Positions 9,411-17,801 of a stretch of DNA of 64,000 nucleotides are shown piece by piece. Source of the stretch: a virus; the IMG/VR virus record IMGVR_UViG_3300044692_000046, positions 1 to 64,000 of that record; one strand, 5' to 3'. Position numbers and translations under genes: made by a program. Numbering within the stretch: position 1 is the first letter of the stretch; each line of letters starts with the position of its first letter. A model generated the notes under the pieces. That model was not told where the DNA came from. It ran no database searches and saw nothing but the letters and a program-made list of their open reading frames with translations.

Positions 9411-9449
9411 GCTGCACTTACATGCATCGTCCTGCACTGCTACTGCATG
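9411..9449. promoter_or_regulatory. Helically phased TGCA repeats upstream of XRE-TPR gene
   Basis: TGCA at 9413, 9423, 9433, 9444. Confidence 0.45.
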
Positions 9450-9600
9450 GTCTAGGCCGCCGGCGCCCGAGACTATGGACAGGTACCGATGTGCCGGCTG
9501 TGACGGTTGTGGCGGTGAATACCGATGGAGTTGATGACCCCGGCTGAGCTTGCGGCAATCCGCGAGCGCCTCGCCTGGCTGGAGGCGGACATCGACAGCC

Positions 9601-9957
9601 TCACTCAGCGCGTGGATGACCTGGCCGGTCTCGCTCAAGCTCAGCGACCCGTCGATCGAGAGTCCGCACTCGTTCGCTGAGCTGGTCAACCTTATCGATG
9701 ATCTCCTGATACGGGCCGGAGGCTGTCGCACTCTCTCCCGGTGCACCGATGACCTTAGTTCCCTTGCCCTGGTGTCGGTCGACGACCCGCTCCAGTTCCA
9801 GTTCGCTGAGCGCCATCCTGATCACGGTGACGGAGGAGTCGTAGCGACGCTGCAACTCCACCATGGGCGGCAGCCACTCTCCCACCGGGAACTCGCCGCG
9901 GGCGATACGTCGGCGCAGGTCGGCGGCCACCTTCTTGTAGGCGGGTTCCACAGGCAT
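9601..9957 (-). CDS. GntR-family repressor (KorSA/TraR-like) with C-terminal coiled coil
   Basis: YKKVAADLRRRIARGEFPVGEWLP...HQGKGT; divergent from the transfer operon as in actinomycete conjugative elements. Confidence 0.85.
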   Translation of the reverse strand: MPVEPAYKKVAADLRRRIARGEFPVGEWLPPMVELQRRYDSSVTVIRMALSELELERVVDRHQGKGTKVIGAPGESATASGPYQEIIDKVDQLSERVRTLDRRVAELERDRPGHPRAE

Positions 9958-10038
9958 TGAACGTCCTCACTTTGAACACTGTGCCTACATAGTGCCGTAG
10001 GTGTGACCTGCGGCAAAGCATGTGACTGGCATGAAGCC

Positions 10039-10072
10039 TTGACGGATTGTGCCTCACAGTGCACTATGAGGC
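10039..10072 (+). promoter_or_regulatory. Transfer-operon promoter (TTGACG-17-CACTAT) overlapped by palindromic operator
   Basis: GCCTCACAGTGCACTATGAGGC 10051-10072; related copy GTGCCTACATAGTGC at 9981. Confidence 0.65.
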
Positions 10073-10100
10073 TGTTGTGTTCGTGGAGACAGGAGGGGCC

Positions 10101-10418
10101 GTGGGGAGCATCGCGCCGGTCGTGTCGGGTGAGACGCCTGACCAGCACGCCACGGGCCCGAACTACTGCACCGTCAAGGCACTCCAGACCGAACTCGGCG
10201 GTCCCGACTGCATCTCCCGGATGACCATCTACCGGCTCATCAGGGACGGCGAACTCGACGCGATTCAGGTCAGCCCGCAGAAGATCCTCATCCTGCGCAG
10301 CTCGATCACCGCATGGCTGGAGCGTTCCCGCGTCTCCACCGAGACCAGCGCGACCCCGACTCCCGGCATCCTCCCGCCGGAGTCGGGGTCGCGCTCTGCT
10401 GGCGAGGAAGTCGCCTGA
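10101..10418 (+). CDS. Excisionase-like HTH DNA-binding protein
   Basis: ISRMTIYRLIRDGELDAIQV...ILRSSITAWL; AGGAGG RBS. Confidence 0.8.
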   Translation: MGSIAPVVSGETPDQHATGPNYCTVKALQTELGGPDCISRMTIYRLIRDGELDAIQVSPQKILILRSSITAWLERSRVSTETSATPTPGILPPESGSRSAGEEVA

Positions 10419-10419
10419 G

Positions 10420-10611
10420 ATGTCCGCCCACGTGATGCGCCGCCGCGAGCACCCGCCAGTCACGCCCTCAGGCGAGCTGGTCCCGGATGCACTGCTCGGC
10501 GCGCTGCGGTTGGCGGAGACAGTGGTCGGCCACCGGCTGACCGGAGAAACGAACGACCCGGCCGACGCTGGCACGTCGAACCGGGCCCCTGAGTCCCTGG
10601 AGGTCTCGTGA
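10420..10611 (+). CDS. Hypothetical protein
   Basis: Tightly packed in operon. Confidence 0.45.
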   Translation: MSAHVMRRREHPPVTPSGELVPDALLGALRLAETVVGHRLTGETNDPADAGTSNRAPESLEVS

Positions 10612-10883
10612 TGCACGCTACCGCAACCCTCGACCGCGACGCCAACCGAGCCGACCGGATCCGGCACGAGCTGGACCTCAAGACGCCGAGCCTGGCCAAG
10701 ACCGGCCTGGTCACCGCCGCGGAGCTGGACGAGGCGGCGGGCAGCGTCGGAGCCGACCTGTTCCTGCGGATCCTGACCGCCGCGAACCTCGGCGGCCTGG
10801 TCGACGGGGCGCGGGCGGAGGCGCGGGAGCGCGGCGACCGGACCTCGACCTACCTCGACCGGCTGGCGCACCTGACCGGCTGA
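10608..10883 (+). CDS. Hypothetical protein
   Basis: GGAGG RBS, GC3 bias. Confidence 0.65.
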   Translation: MMHATATLDRDANRADRIRHELDLKTPSLAKTGLVTAAELDEAAGSVGADLFLRILTAANLGGLVDGARAEARERGDRTSTYLDRLAHLTG

Positions 10884-10975
10884 CCCACAGACCGCCTGCG
10901 GGGCGGGGCGCCCCCACCAACGCTCCGCCCCGCAGGCACTCCACACGAACCGATCTTGAAAGCGGGATATCTGCA

Positions 10976-11221
10976 ATGTCTGGCTTGGTCAATGGCTTCA
11001 GCAAGACCGACACGACCGTCAACGCCGCCCTGGAGTGGATCGAGGGCGATCTCCGGGAGGCGCTGGTGACGGCGGTGGGTCGCATCAACTCGGCGCTGGA
11101 GGCGCCGTCCAACGACAACGAGGTTCTGCACTCGCACGCGGCGGACATCCACAGCCTGATCTCCACCATCGACCGGAACAAGCGGCGCCGCGCCGAGATC
11201 GCCCGAGGCGAGGACTTCTAG
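10976..11221 (+). CDS. Hypothetical helical protein
   Basis: ORF after intergenic hairpin, GC3 bias. Confidence 0.6.
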   Translation: MSGLVNGFSKTDTTVNAALEWIEGDLREALVTAVGRINSALEAPSNDNEVLHSHAADIHSLISTIDRNKRRRAEIARGEDF

Positions 11222-11279
11222 ACCAGCTCCATCGGCTGACTGACCCGACCATCCACGAGACCTGGGGAGACGGAGAACC

Positions 11280-12584
11280 GTGGACCTGCTACTCGACCCG
11301 ACCGCCCGGCGCTGGGCTGCGCTCATCGGCGCCTCCGCGGTGCTGCTCGTGGGCGTGTTCCTGCTGGTCTGGCTCGCGGGTTCCCGCTACGGCAAGCGCA
11401 AGGCCGCCGGCACCACCAAGGACGACACCAGCCGGGCTCGCACCAAGGACCGGCTGCTGTTCGCTGCGGCGCTCCTCGCGGGTCTGACCGTCTACGCCGG
11501 TTTCGCCGTCGGCTCCTACCAGGGTCTGACCGGGTTCGCCCGAGACTTCATCCACTGGTCGGACTGGCGGCAGAACATCGTGCCCGTCACCCTCGACGGC
11601 GGCACCGCCGCGTTCGGCTTCCTGGCGTTCCGGTCGGTCCAGCTGAAGAAGTCGGCGCTGCTGTGCTACATCGTGGTGCTCGGCTCGACCGGCGCGTCCG
11701 CGGTCTTCAACTTCACCGAAGGCGCCGAACATGCCTGGCAGGCCGGCGCGTTCCTCGCCTACCTGGCCTGGGCGGGCATGGCCATGGGCCATGTGTTCCT
11801 GGAGCAGTTCAAGAAGTTCGCCGGGCTCGGCCGGTACGTCAAGTACGGCGTCCGCTGGCTGACCTCCCCCCACTCGACGGCCTGCGCCGCGCTGGCGTGG
11901 GTGAACTACCCGCCCGAGGACGGCACCGAGGCGACCGTCCGGAACGGCCTGGCGCACCTCTCCGCGGTCCGTGCCCGCAAGCACTCCGAGGCTACGGGCC
12001 GGCGGGCCGCGCGTGCCATGACAGGTGGCATCACCCTGCGGCCGTGGGCGCGCCTCACCGCCGTTGCGGAGACCCTCGCGACGGTTACCGCCGAGCTCTC
12101 CGATAGCCGCGCGGAGAGGGCCTCCGAGAGCGCCCGGAGAGCCGAGGCGGAGACCCGCGTGGAGACCTTGGAGGCGAACCTCGCGGAGATGGCGGAGACC
12201 GTCCGAGCCCTCCGATCGGAGATGACCTCCGGAGACCCCTCCGGAGAGGGGGCGGAGAACCCTGCGGAGACCCCCCTCCGGCTGAGGCGGAGCACCAGCA
12301 AGAGGACCCTGGAGAGGCCCCTCCGAGCGGTGCCCTCCGGCGCCACGGTCTCCGACGAAGAGGCTGTTCAGCGGCTCCTCCGGGCGGAGGTCTCCGACGA
12401 CGACAAGCAGCCCGGCTACGCCTGGTCGAAGAACAAGGCGGTGCAGGTCTCCGGCGTGGGCTGGGGCCGCATCAACGACATCCTCCGGCTGCTCGCGGAG
12501 ACCCGCGCCAGCGGCCGGTCAGCGAACCCCTCCGGAGGGGACCGGAGCACCGGCTCCGACGACTCTGAGGAGCGTGCCGGATGA
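11280..12584 (+). CDS. DUF2637/Spd-like membrane spreading protein
   Basis: Multiple TMs with SYQGLTGFA...VPVTLDG motif, coiled coil, C-terminal HTH-like segment. Confidence 0.7.
   Translation: MDLLLDPTARRWAALIGASAVLLVGVFLLVWLAGSRYGKRKAAGTTKDDTSRARTKDRLLFAAALLAGLTVYAGFAVGSYQGLTGFARDFIHWSDWRQNIVPVTLDGGTAAFGFLAFRSVQLKKSALLCYIVVLGSTGASAVFNFTEGAEHAWQAGAFLAYLAWAGMAMGHVFLEQFKKFAGLGRYVKYGVRWLTSPHSTACAALAWVNYPPEDGTEATVRNGLAHLSAVRARKHSEATGRRAARAMTGGITLRPWARLTAVAETLATVTAELSDSRAERASESARRAEAETRVETLEANLAEMAETVRALRSEMTSGDPSGEGAENPAETPLRLRRSTSKRTLERPLRAVPSGATVSDEEAVQRLLRAEVSDDDKQPGYAWSKNKAVQVSGVGWGRINDILRLLAETRASGRSANPSGGDRSTGSDDSEERAG
12060..12560. repeat. Dense CGGAGA(CCC) repeat tract, candidate clt/TraB recognition sequences
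   Basis: At least 12 CGGAGA (5 as CGGAGACCC) plus many inverted CTCCG copies in 500 bp. Confidence 0.6.
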
Positions 12585-12844
12585 GCCCCCGGAAGAACCG
12601 CCAGACCGACCGGCAGCGCGCGCACGAGGAGCGTGCCACCGCGTTCTGGGCGGCGAAGCTCAACGCCGCTCGAACGCCTGATGATCGCGCCCGAGTGATC
12701 TTCGATGAGACGCGCGCCCGGATCGACAACCACCGGGTGGCCGAGGTTCGTGACCGGGCGTGGCTGGCACTGGAGAAGCACGCCTGCGCCGGGCGTGAGC
12801 TTGTGACGCGGATCCTCACCGAGAGGCTCGGTGACACCGCGTGA
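12581..12844 (+). CDS. Hypothetical protein
   Basis: ATGA overlap, GAGGAG RBS. Confidence 0.65.
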   Translation: MSPRKNRQTDRQRAHEERATAFWAAKLNAARTPDDRARVIFDETRARIDNHRVAEVRDRAWLALEKHACAGRELVTRILTERLGDTA

Positions 12845-12983
12845 AGTTGACTGCCAACTTGACAGGGCCTGTTGACAGCCCGATCGCGGATCCACGCGAT
12901 CACAGACGCGCGCTGGCGCGCGCGCGAGTCCCGATTGTACCCATCCATCACGCACAGCGACCACAGAAGGGAGGCGAGAAGCC

Positions 12984-13430
12984 ATGGAAGGACTGATCAC
13001 CCAGTGGGGGGTGCCGGCTGGTGTCGGCGTCATCTGCCTGATCGCAGCGGTCCTGCTGTTCACGCTCGGCAAGAAGCAGTGGCCGTGGCTGATCCTCGTG
13101 CTGATCATCGGAGCGTCCGACGCGCTCATGTCGACCCCCGTCGGAACCTACATCCACTCGGCCGTGACCTGGGCCAACACTGAGACCGGGTCCCTGATCG
13201 GGAGGTTCACGGGCGTGGTGGTCGGCGGGCTCGTGTCGATCACTGTCCTCGGCATCTTGATCATCAAGGTGATCAGGAAGGAGCGGGACAACTGGACCTA
13301 CACGGCCGGGGCACTCGCTCCGCCGTCTGTGGTGCTGATCCCGGGAGTGATTGGGACGGTGCTGACGTTCGCCATCACCCTGCCGATGTGGTTGGTGTCG
13401 CAGGTCGTCAGCCTGGCGCTGGGGTGGTGA
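12984..13430 (+). CDS. Multi-pass membrane protein of transfer region
   Basis: Several hydrophobic helices; GGAGG RBS. Confidence 0.75.
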   Translation: MEGLITQWGVPAGVGVICLIAAVLLFTLGKKQWPWLILVLIIGASDALMSTPVGTYIHSAVTWANTETGSLIGRFTGVVVGGLVSITVLGILIIKVIRKERDNWTYTAGALAPPSVVLIPGVIGTVLTFAITLPMWLVSQVVSLALGW

Positions 13431-13436
13431 GCTGAC

Positions 13437-14411
13437 ATGCCGATCCTGTTGATCGCGGTGCTCGTCGCCGGTGCGTGGTGGACGAAGAACACGCTGGAAG
13501 AGGTGCCGTTCGCGATGCGCGGCAAGACCTCCCCGCGGCGCCAGCTCAAGATGGAGCGCTTCAAGGCCAAGGCCGGCAACTCGGAGCGCCGCTACGGCTT
13601 CGCCCGCTACGTCGCCGACCTGTGGGCGTCGTGCTGGAAGGAGGCACTCCAGGCGCGGATGAACACCACCGACCACCGGGTGAACGCCCGCACCCAGAAG
13701 GCCATCCGCAAGCACGAGCGCCGCATCGACCGCCGGGACCGCAGGTGGGCCCGTCGTGACGATCGGCGCCAGCAGCGTCAGGTCCGCCGCGCCGAACGTC
13801 GGCTACCGCCCCCGGCCCCCGAGGAGCCTCGCGAGCCGTGCGCCGGGTGCGGCAAGTCGGGTCACGACCTGCCCTACTGCGAGAAGCCCGCCGACTCCAC
13901 CCCAGCCGACAGCGGGCCCGACGAGATGTCCGACCGCAAGTGCGGCTGGTGTGGAGGACCCGCCCACTCGTCCGCCGACTGCCCCGTCTACACGGGCAAG
14001 TCCGAACCGCAACCGAAGGAGAACACCGTGTCCGCATCCCCCGAGACCAGCACCGTCAGCAGCCTGCGGGCCGCCATGGAGGCGAAGGTGACCGAGGCGA
14101 CCGCCGAGCTGGAGGACGCCCGCGCCAACGCGAACCGCGCCGCCGGGGAGCTGGCCCGCGCCGACCAGATGGTGGCGAGCCTGCGTTCCCAGAAGGTGCC
14201 GGAGCAGACCGTCGCGCGCGTCCAGCAGCTGCAGGAGAACGCCGCCGCCGCGAAGAAGACCGCCGACGCGCGGGCCGCGCTCGCCGACTCGGACGTGGCG
14301 CTCGCGAAGGCCGCGCTGGCCGACGTGGCCGCGCACGAGCACGTCCAGGACGCCAGCACTGCGGCCGGCGGTGTCGCCAATGCGAGCTTCTACGAGCAGA
14401 GCAACAGCTGA
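13437..14411 (+). CDS. TraA-like protein with N-terminal TM, two CCHC zinc knuckles and C-terminal coiled coil
   Basis: Directly upstream of traB; CX2CX4HX4C twice; in-frame GTG 14028 with AAGGAG RBS; ends SFYEQSNS. Confidence 0.65.
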   Translation: MPILLIAVLVAGAWWTKNTLEEVPFAMRGKTSPRRQLKMERFKAKAGNSERRYGFARYVADLWASCWKEALQARMNTTDHRVNARTQKAIRKHERRIDRRDRRWARRDDRRQQRQVRRAERRLPPPAPEEPREPCAGCGKSGHDLPYCEKPADSTPADSGPDEMSDRKCGWCGGPAHSSADCPVYTGKSEPQPKENTVSASPETSTVSSLRAAMEAKVTEATAELEDARANANRAAGELARADQMVASLRSQKVPEQTVARVQQLQENAAAAKKTADARAALADSDVALAKAALADVAAHEHVQDASTAAGGVANASFYEQSNS

Positions 14412-14471
14412 CCCGGCGGGCGGTGCGGCCCACCACGAGCCGCACCGCCCCCAGAACGAAGGGATGAGATC

Positions 14472-16496
14472 GTGAGCCGCACCGCAACGCCAGCCCCACC
14501 GAGGCTCCCGTTCGGTGGCGGGCGACGCGTCAACAAGGCCGTGGACCGTATGGTCCGCGACAACCCGAACCTGCTGCGACAGGTCCGGTTGACCCGAGGC
14601 CAGCGATTCCGCCGCTGGCTCGGGCGCAGCGCATGGAAGGCTACCCACAAGTCCGCCCGGCACGGCTGGAAGAAGCGTCGCACCCTGGCCCCGTCGTACG
14701 TGGGGTTCGCGGTGATCCTGCTCGGCGAACTCGCCCACGTGTTGCCCACCGGCTGGCTGACCGCCGCGTGGCTGGGCTTGCCCGCCGCCGCGATTTGCTG
14801 GTGGTGGGTGGGTGGCACGGCATGGAAGCTCACCCGCAAGAAGCGGGCCCGCAAGACCCACCGCGGCTGGTGGCTTGCCGGGATCGGCGTGGCGTGGGCG
14901 CTGTTTCTGCTGGTGGCGCTGCTCAGCTGGGCGCCGCCGATGCCGTTCCCGGTCATCGTGGCAACCACCACGTTCCAGGTGCGGTGGCTGTGGCACCGCC
15001 GAGTCCGGCCGACCGCGGCGAAGAAGAACGACCCAGACGTGGCCACCTGGAAGGCGATCGACGGGTTCGCGAAGACCAGCATCGAGTTCACCGACCTACC
15101 GGCCGACCGCGGCCGGTCCGCGCTGGCCGACCTGTCCGACTCCAACCTCACCGCCGACGACGTGGTGGCGAAGCTCAAGGCGATCACGAAGGCGTACCGC
15201 AAGACGGCCGGCGCGGTGGTCGTGGAGCGCACCCCCGAGGAGTACGAGCACCTGGTCAAAGTCATGATCCTCAAGCGCAACCCCACGCAGGAGATCACCG
15301 AGTACGACGAGTCGTGGGTGCAGTTGGAGGACGGCTGCACGCCGTTCAGCACCTACCCGGACGCGGCGCGAGCGTGGCTGCGCATCTGGGAGCCCCGCTC
15401 GGGCTGCGTGCACGAGCTGTTCTCCGGCGACCCGCGCACCGGTAAGTCCCGGGGCATGGTCACCGCGATGACCCAGTCGGTGATGACCGGCCTGGTGTTC
15501 CCGATCGTCGGCGACCCGCAGCAGGGCCAGTCGATGCCCGGCTGGGCCGGCGCCGACGGCAAGGCGCCTATCACCGCCCTGGACGTCGAGTCGATCCACG
15601 ACGTGCTGCGCGCCCTGCGCACCGCCATGTACCGCCGGTCGAACTACTTGTCGAAGCGGCTGTGGACCGACGAGGACAACGACACGCACCGCGGCATGGA
15701 CTTCTTCGACCCGACCGTCGTCCCGGAACTGCCGATCCTGGAGATGACGATCGACGAGGCGCACCGGCTGCTGGAGTTCGACCACATCGCCGACCTGGTG
15801 GAGGAGATCGCGCTGATGGCCGGCAAGACCGGCATCCGGCTGCGGCTGGCCACCCAGTACCCGTCGATGGACAACCTCGGCAACCGGATGACGATCCGCA
15901 ACTCGCTGATCGGTGGGAACACGATCGCGTACCGCATCTCCACGGCCGTCGCGCAGGGCATGATCCTGCCGGCGTGGCTTCCGGGCCCGCACACCATCCC
16001 AAAGCGTCTCCCGTCCGGTGAGCACACGAAGGGGATGCTGGTGCTGGACTCGTCGGCGCCGAACTCGTCGCGGGGGACGTTCTCGCGCACGGTGTGGACG
16101 CGGCGGGAGCACCACTGGGCGGGGATCGCTGCGAAGCGCATCCCGAAGCTGCACGATCTGGATATGGAGGTGTTCGGCTCGGACTTCTCCGCCTGGCGGC
16201 AGAAGACACAGCTGGCGGTGGCGGCCCAGCCGTCGCAGACCGGCAGCGAGAACGGCGTGCAGGACCCGTCGGCGCCACTGGACGACCGGATTGCCGCCTA
16301 CCTGGCCACCGTGGACACCGGACGGACCGGCGTCATCGCCGACCACGTCGGTAAGGACATGGCGACCGTGAGCAAGACCCTCGCTCGAATGGAAGGCAAG
16401 CGGCGGGTCGACCTGATCGAGCGGGGTGTCTGGGCGCTCGTTCGTAGCGAATCCGATGAGCAGAACCACGCGACCGAGACAGCAGGTGCCGCATGA
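14472..16496 (+). CDS. traB: TraB-type FtsK/SpoIIIE conjugative DNA translocase
   Basis: N-terminal TMs, Walker A GDPRTGKS, Walker B MTIDEAH, LATQ motif, C-terminal winged helix. Confidence 0.85.
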   Translation: MSRTATPAPPRLPFGGGRRVNKAVDRMVRDNPNLLRQVRLTRGQRFRRWLGRSAWKATHKSARHGWKKRRTLAPSYVGFAVILLGELAHVLPTGWLTAAWLGLPAAAICWWWVGGTAWKLTRKKRARKTHRGWWLAGIGVAWALFLLVALLSWAPPMPFPVIVATTTFQVRWLWHRRVRPTAAKKNDPDVATWKAIDGFAKTSIEFTDLPADRGRSALADLSDSNLTADDVVAKLKAITKAYRKTAGAVVVERTPEEYEHLVKVMILKRNPTQEITEYDESWVQLEDGCTPFSTYPDAARAWLRIWEPRSGCVHELFSGDPRTGKSRGMVTAMTQSVMTGLVFPIVGDPQQGQSMPGWAGADGKAPITALDVESIHDVLRALRTAMYRRSNYLSKRLWTDEDNDTHRGMDFFDPTVVPELPILEMTIDEAHRLLEFDHIADLVEEIALMAGKTGIRLRLATQYPSMDNLGNRMTIRNSLIGGNTIAYRISTAVAQGMILPAWLPGPHTIPKRLPSGEHTKGMLVLDSSAPNSSRGTFSRTVWTRREHHWAGIAAKRIPKLHDLDMEVFGSDFSAWRQKTQLAVAAQPSQTGSENGVQDPSAPLDDRIAAYLATVDTGRTGVIADHVGKDMATVSKTLARMEGKRRVDLIERGVWALVRSESDEQNHATETAGAA

Positions 16497-16855
16497 CCGA
16501 CCACACGCTTCCCCGCCCGGCCGTCCTGCCGGAGGTCATCGCGCCTGGTGGCGCCACGGTGGCCCGCCGCGCCGCCGCCCCGCCCGCGCCGCGCGTCATC
16601 GACGTCCAGCCCACCAGCGTTCAGCAGGTGCGTCCCCGCAGCCGCAAGCGGCTCGCTCTGGCGATAGCCGCACCGTCCACGCTCGCCCTGCTGGCAAGCT
16701 CCGGCTGGGTCCTGGCCCGCGTCGACGCCGCCGTCCACCTGTTCATGTGGGTCGGCATCGTCGCGGCCGGGGCAGTCGTGGTGGCGCTGCTGATCCTGGC
16801 CGCGCTGTCGCGCCGCAAGTGCCCCGGCCTGCACTGCGCCGGCTGCAAGGACTGA
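16493..16855 (+). CDS. Spd-like 2-TM protein with C-terminal CPGLHCAGC motif
   Basis: ATGA overlap with traB; Pro-rich N-terminus, two TMs. Confidence 0.65.
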   Translation: MTDHTLPRPAVLPEVIAPGGATVARRAAAPPAPRVIDVQPTSVQQVRPRSRKRLALAIAAPSTLALLASSGWVLARVDAAVHLFMWVGIVAAGAVVVALLILAALSRRKCPGLHCAGCKD

Positions 16856-16860
16856 CCGCC

Positions 16861-17475
16861 ATGATGGCCCCGACCCATATGGCCGCCTCTGCTGCGGGCG
16901 CTTTGGGTGTGCTGGCCCTCGCCGCGCACGAGGGCGTCCACCTGACCATCTGGCACGCTGCGATCGGCGTAGGGGTGGCCACTGTCTCGGCCCTGATCCC
17001 GGACGCGGATCACCCGTCGTCGCGGATCTCCCGCGCCGCCGGCATCGCCACGATCGGCCTGTCGCACCTCGTGCGGTTCGTCTCGGCGCGGGTGTACGAC
17101 GTGACCCGCACCGAACGGGACCGGCCGCGCGGCGGCAAGCACCGCGGCCTGACCCACACTCCGATCGGCGCGGTCACCTTCGGGCTGTTCGTCGCGGGCG
17201 CGCTGCTACTGGCCGGGCAGTGGTGGACGCCGGCCGCCGCCTGGGCGTGGCTCGGCGCGCCGGTCGGGTTCGGCTGCCTGGCGCACATCGCCGCGGACTT
17301 CTTGACCCGCGAAGGGGTGCCGCTGCTGTGGCCGTTGAAGGTCAGCGGCAAACGCTGGCGCCGCTTCCACGTTCCGCTGGTGGCGATCAGCACCGACCAC
17401 TTCGCGGAGCGCTTCCTGTACCTGCCGGCGTTCGTGTTCGCTGCCGGCTGGTGCGCTTACCTCACCCTCACCTGA
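16861..17475 (+). CDS. Membrane metal-dependent hydrolase (YdjM-like)
   Basis: PTH, LIPDADHP, HRGLTH, HIAADFLT..GVPLLWP motifs. Confidence 0.85.
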   Translation: MMAPTHMAASAAGALGVLALAAHEGVHLTIWHAAIGVGVATVSALIPDADHPSSRISRAAGIATIGLSHLVRFVSARVYDVTRTERDRPRGGKHRGLTHTPIGAVTFGLFVAGALLLAGQWWTPAAAWAWLGAPVGFGCLAHIAADFLTREGVPLLWPLKVSGKRWRRFHVPLVAISTDHFAERFLYLPAFVFAAGWCAYLTLT

Positions 17476-17490
17476 ACAGGAGACCCCAGC

Positions 17491-17640
17491 ATGACCGACA
17501 CCACCACCTACCCCCTGTCCACCGCAACCTCAGCAGCGCTGCACTCGCAGGCGACCGGCCCGGCACACCTGACCGAAGACATCGTCGTGGCCCTGATGCA
17601 GGAAGGGGCGATCGGCGGCCCGACCCGCGGACGAACATGA
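17491..17640 (+). CDS. Small hypothetical protein
   Basis: AGGAG RBS; ATGA overlap. Confidence 0.45.
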   Translation: MTDTTTYPLSTATSAALHSQATGPAHLTEDIVVALMQEGAIGGPTRGRT

Positions 17641-17801
17641 ACATGCCGGCGTTCCCCACGGTCCTCGACGCCATCCGCGAGGTCGTGGAGGCGTCCGTTG
17701 ACGCGCACGGGCTGCCCTGTACGTCAACCCGGCAGCACGCGGCGAAGCTTGCTGTCGAGGCGCTCCGTGAGGCCGGGCCGCTGATCGAGGGTGCGGCATG
17801 A
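17637..17801 (+). CDS. Small hypothetical protein
   Basis: 4-bp overlaps both sides. Confidence 0.5.
   Translation: MNMPAFPTVLDAIREVVEASVDAHGLPCTSTRQHAAKLAVEALREAGPLIEGAA

Noticed and set aside
8142-9746. 534-aa version of the XRE-TPR ORF and 383-aa version of int from the ORF track
   Set aside because: N-terminal extensions overlap other genes or regulatory DNA; starts at 9392 and 4178 have RBS or promoter support
12841-12983. TTGAC triplet and AAGTTG/CAACTT inverted repeat as clt or promoter
   Set aside because: Only three copies and no convincing -10; not enough to call, though worth including in TraB binding tests
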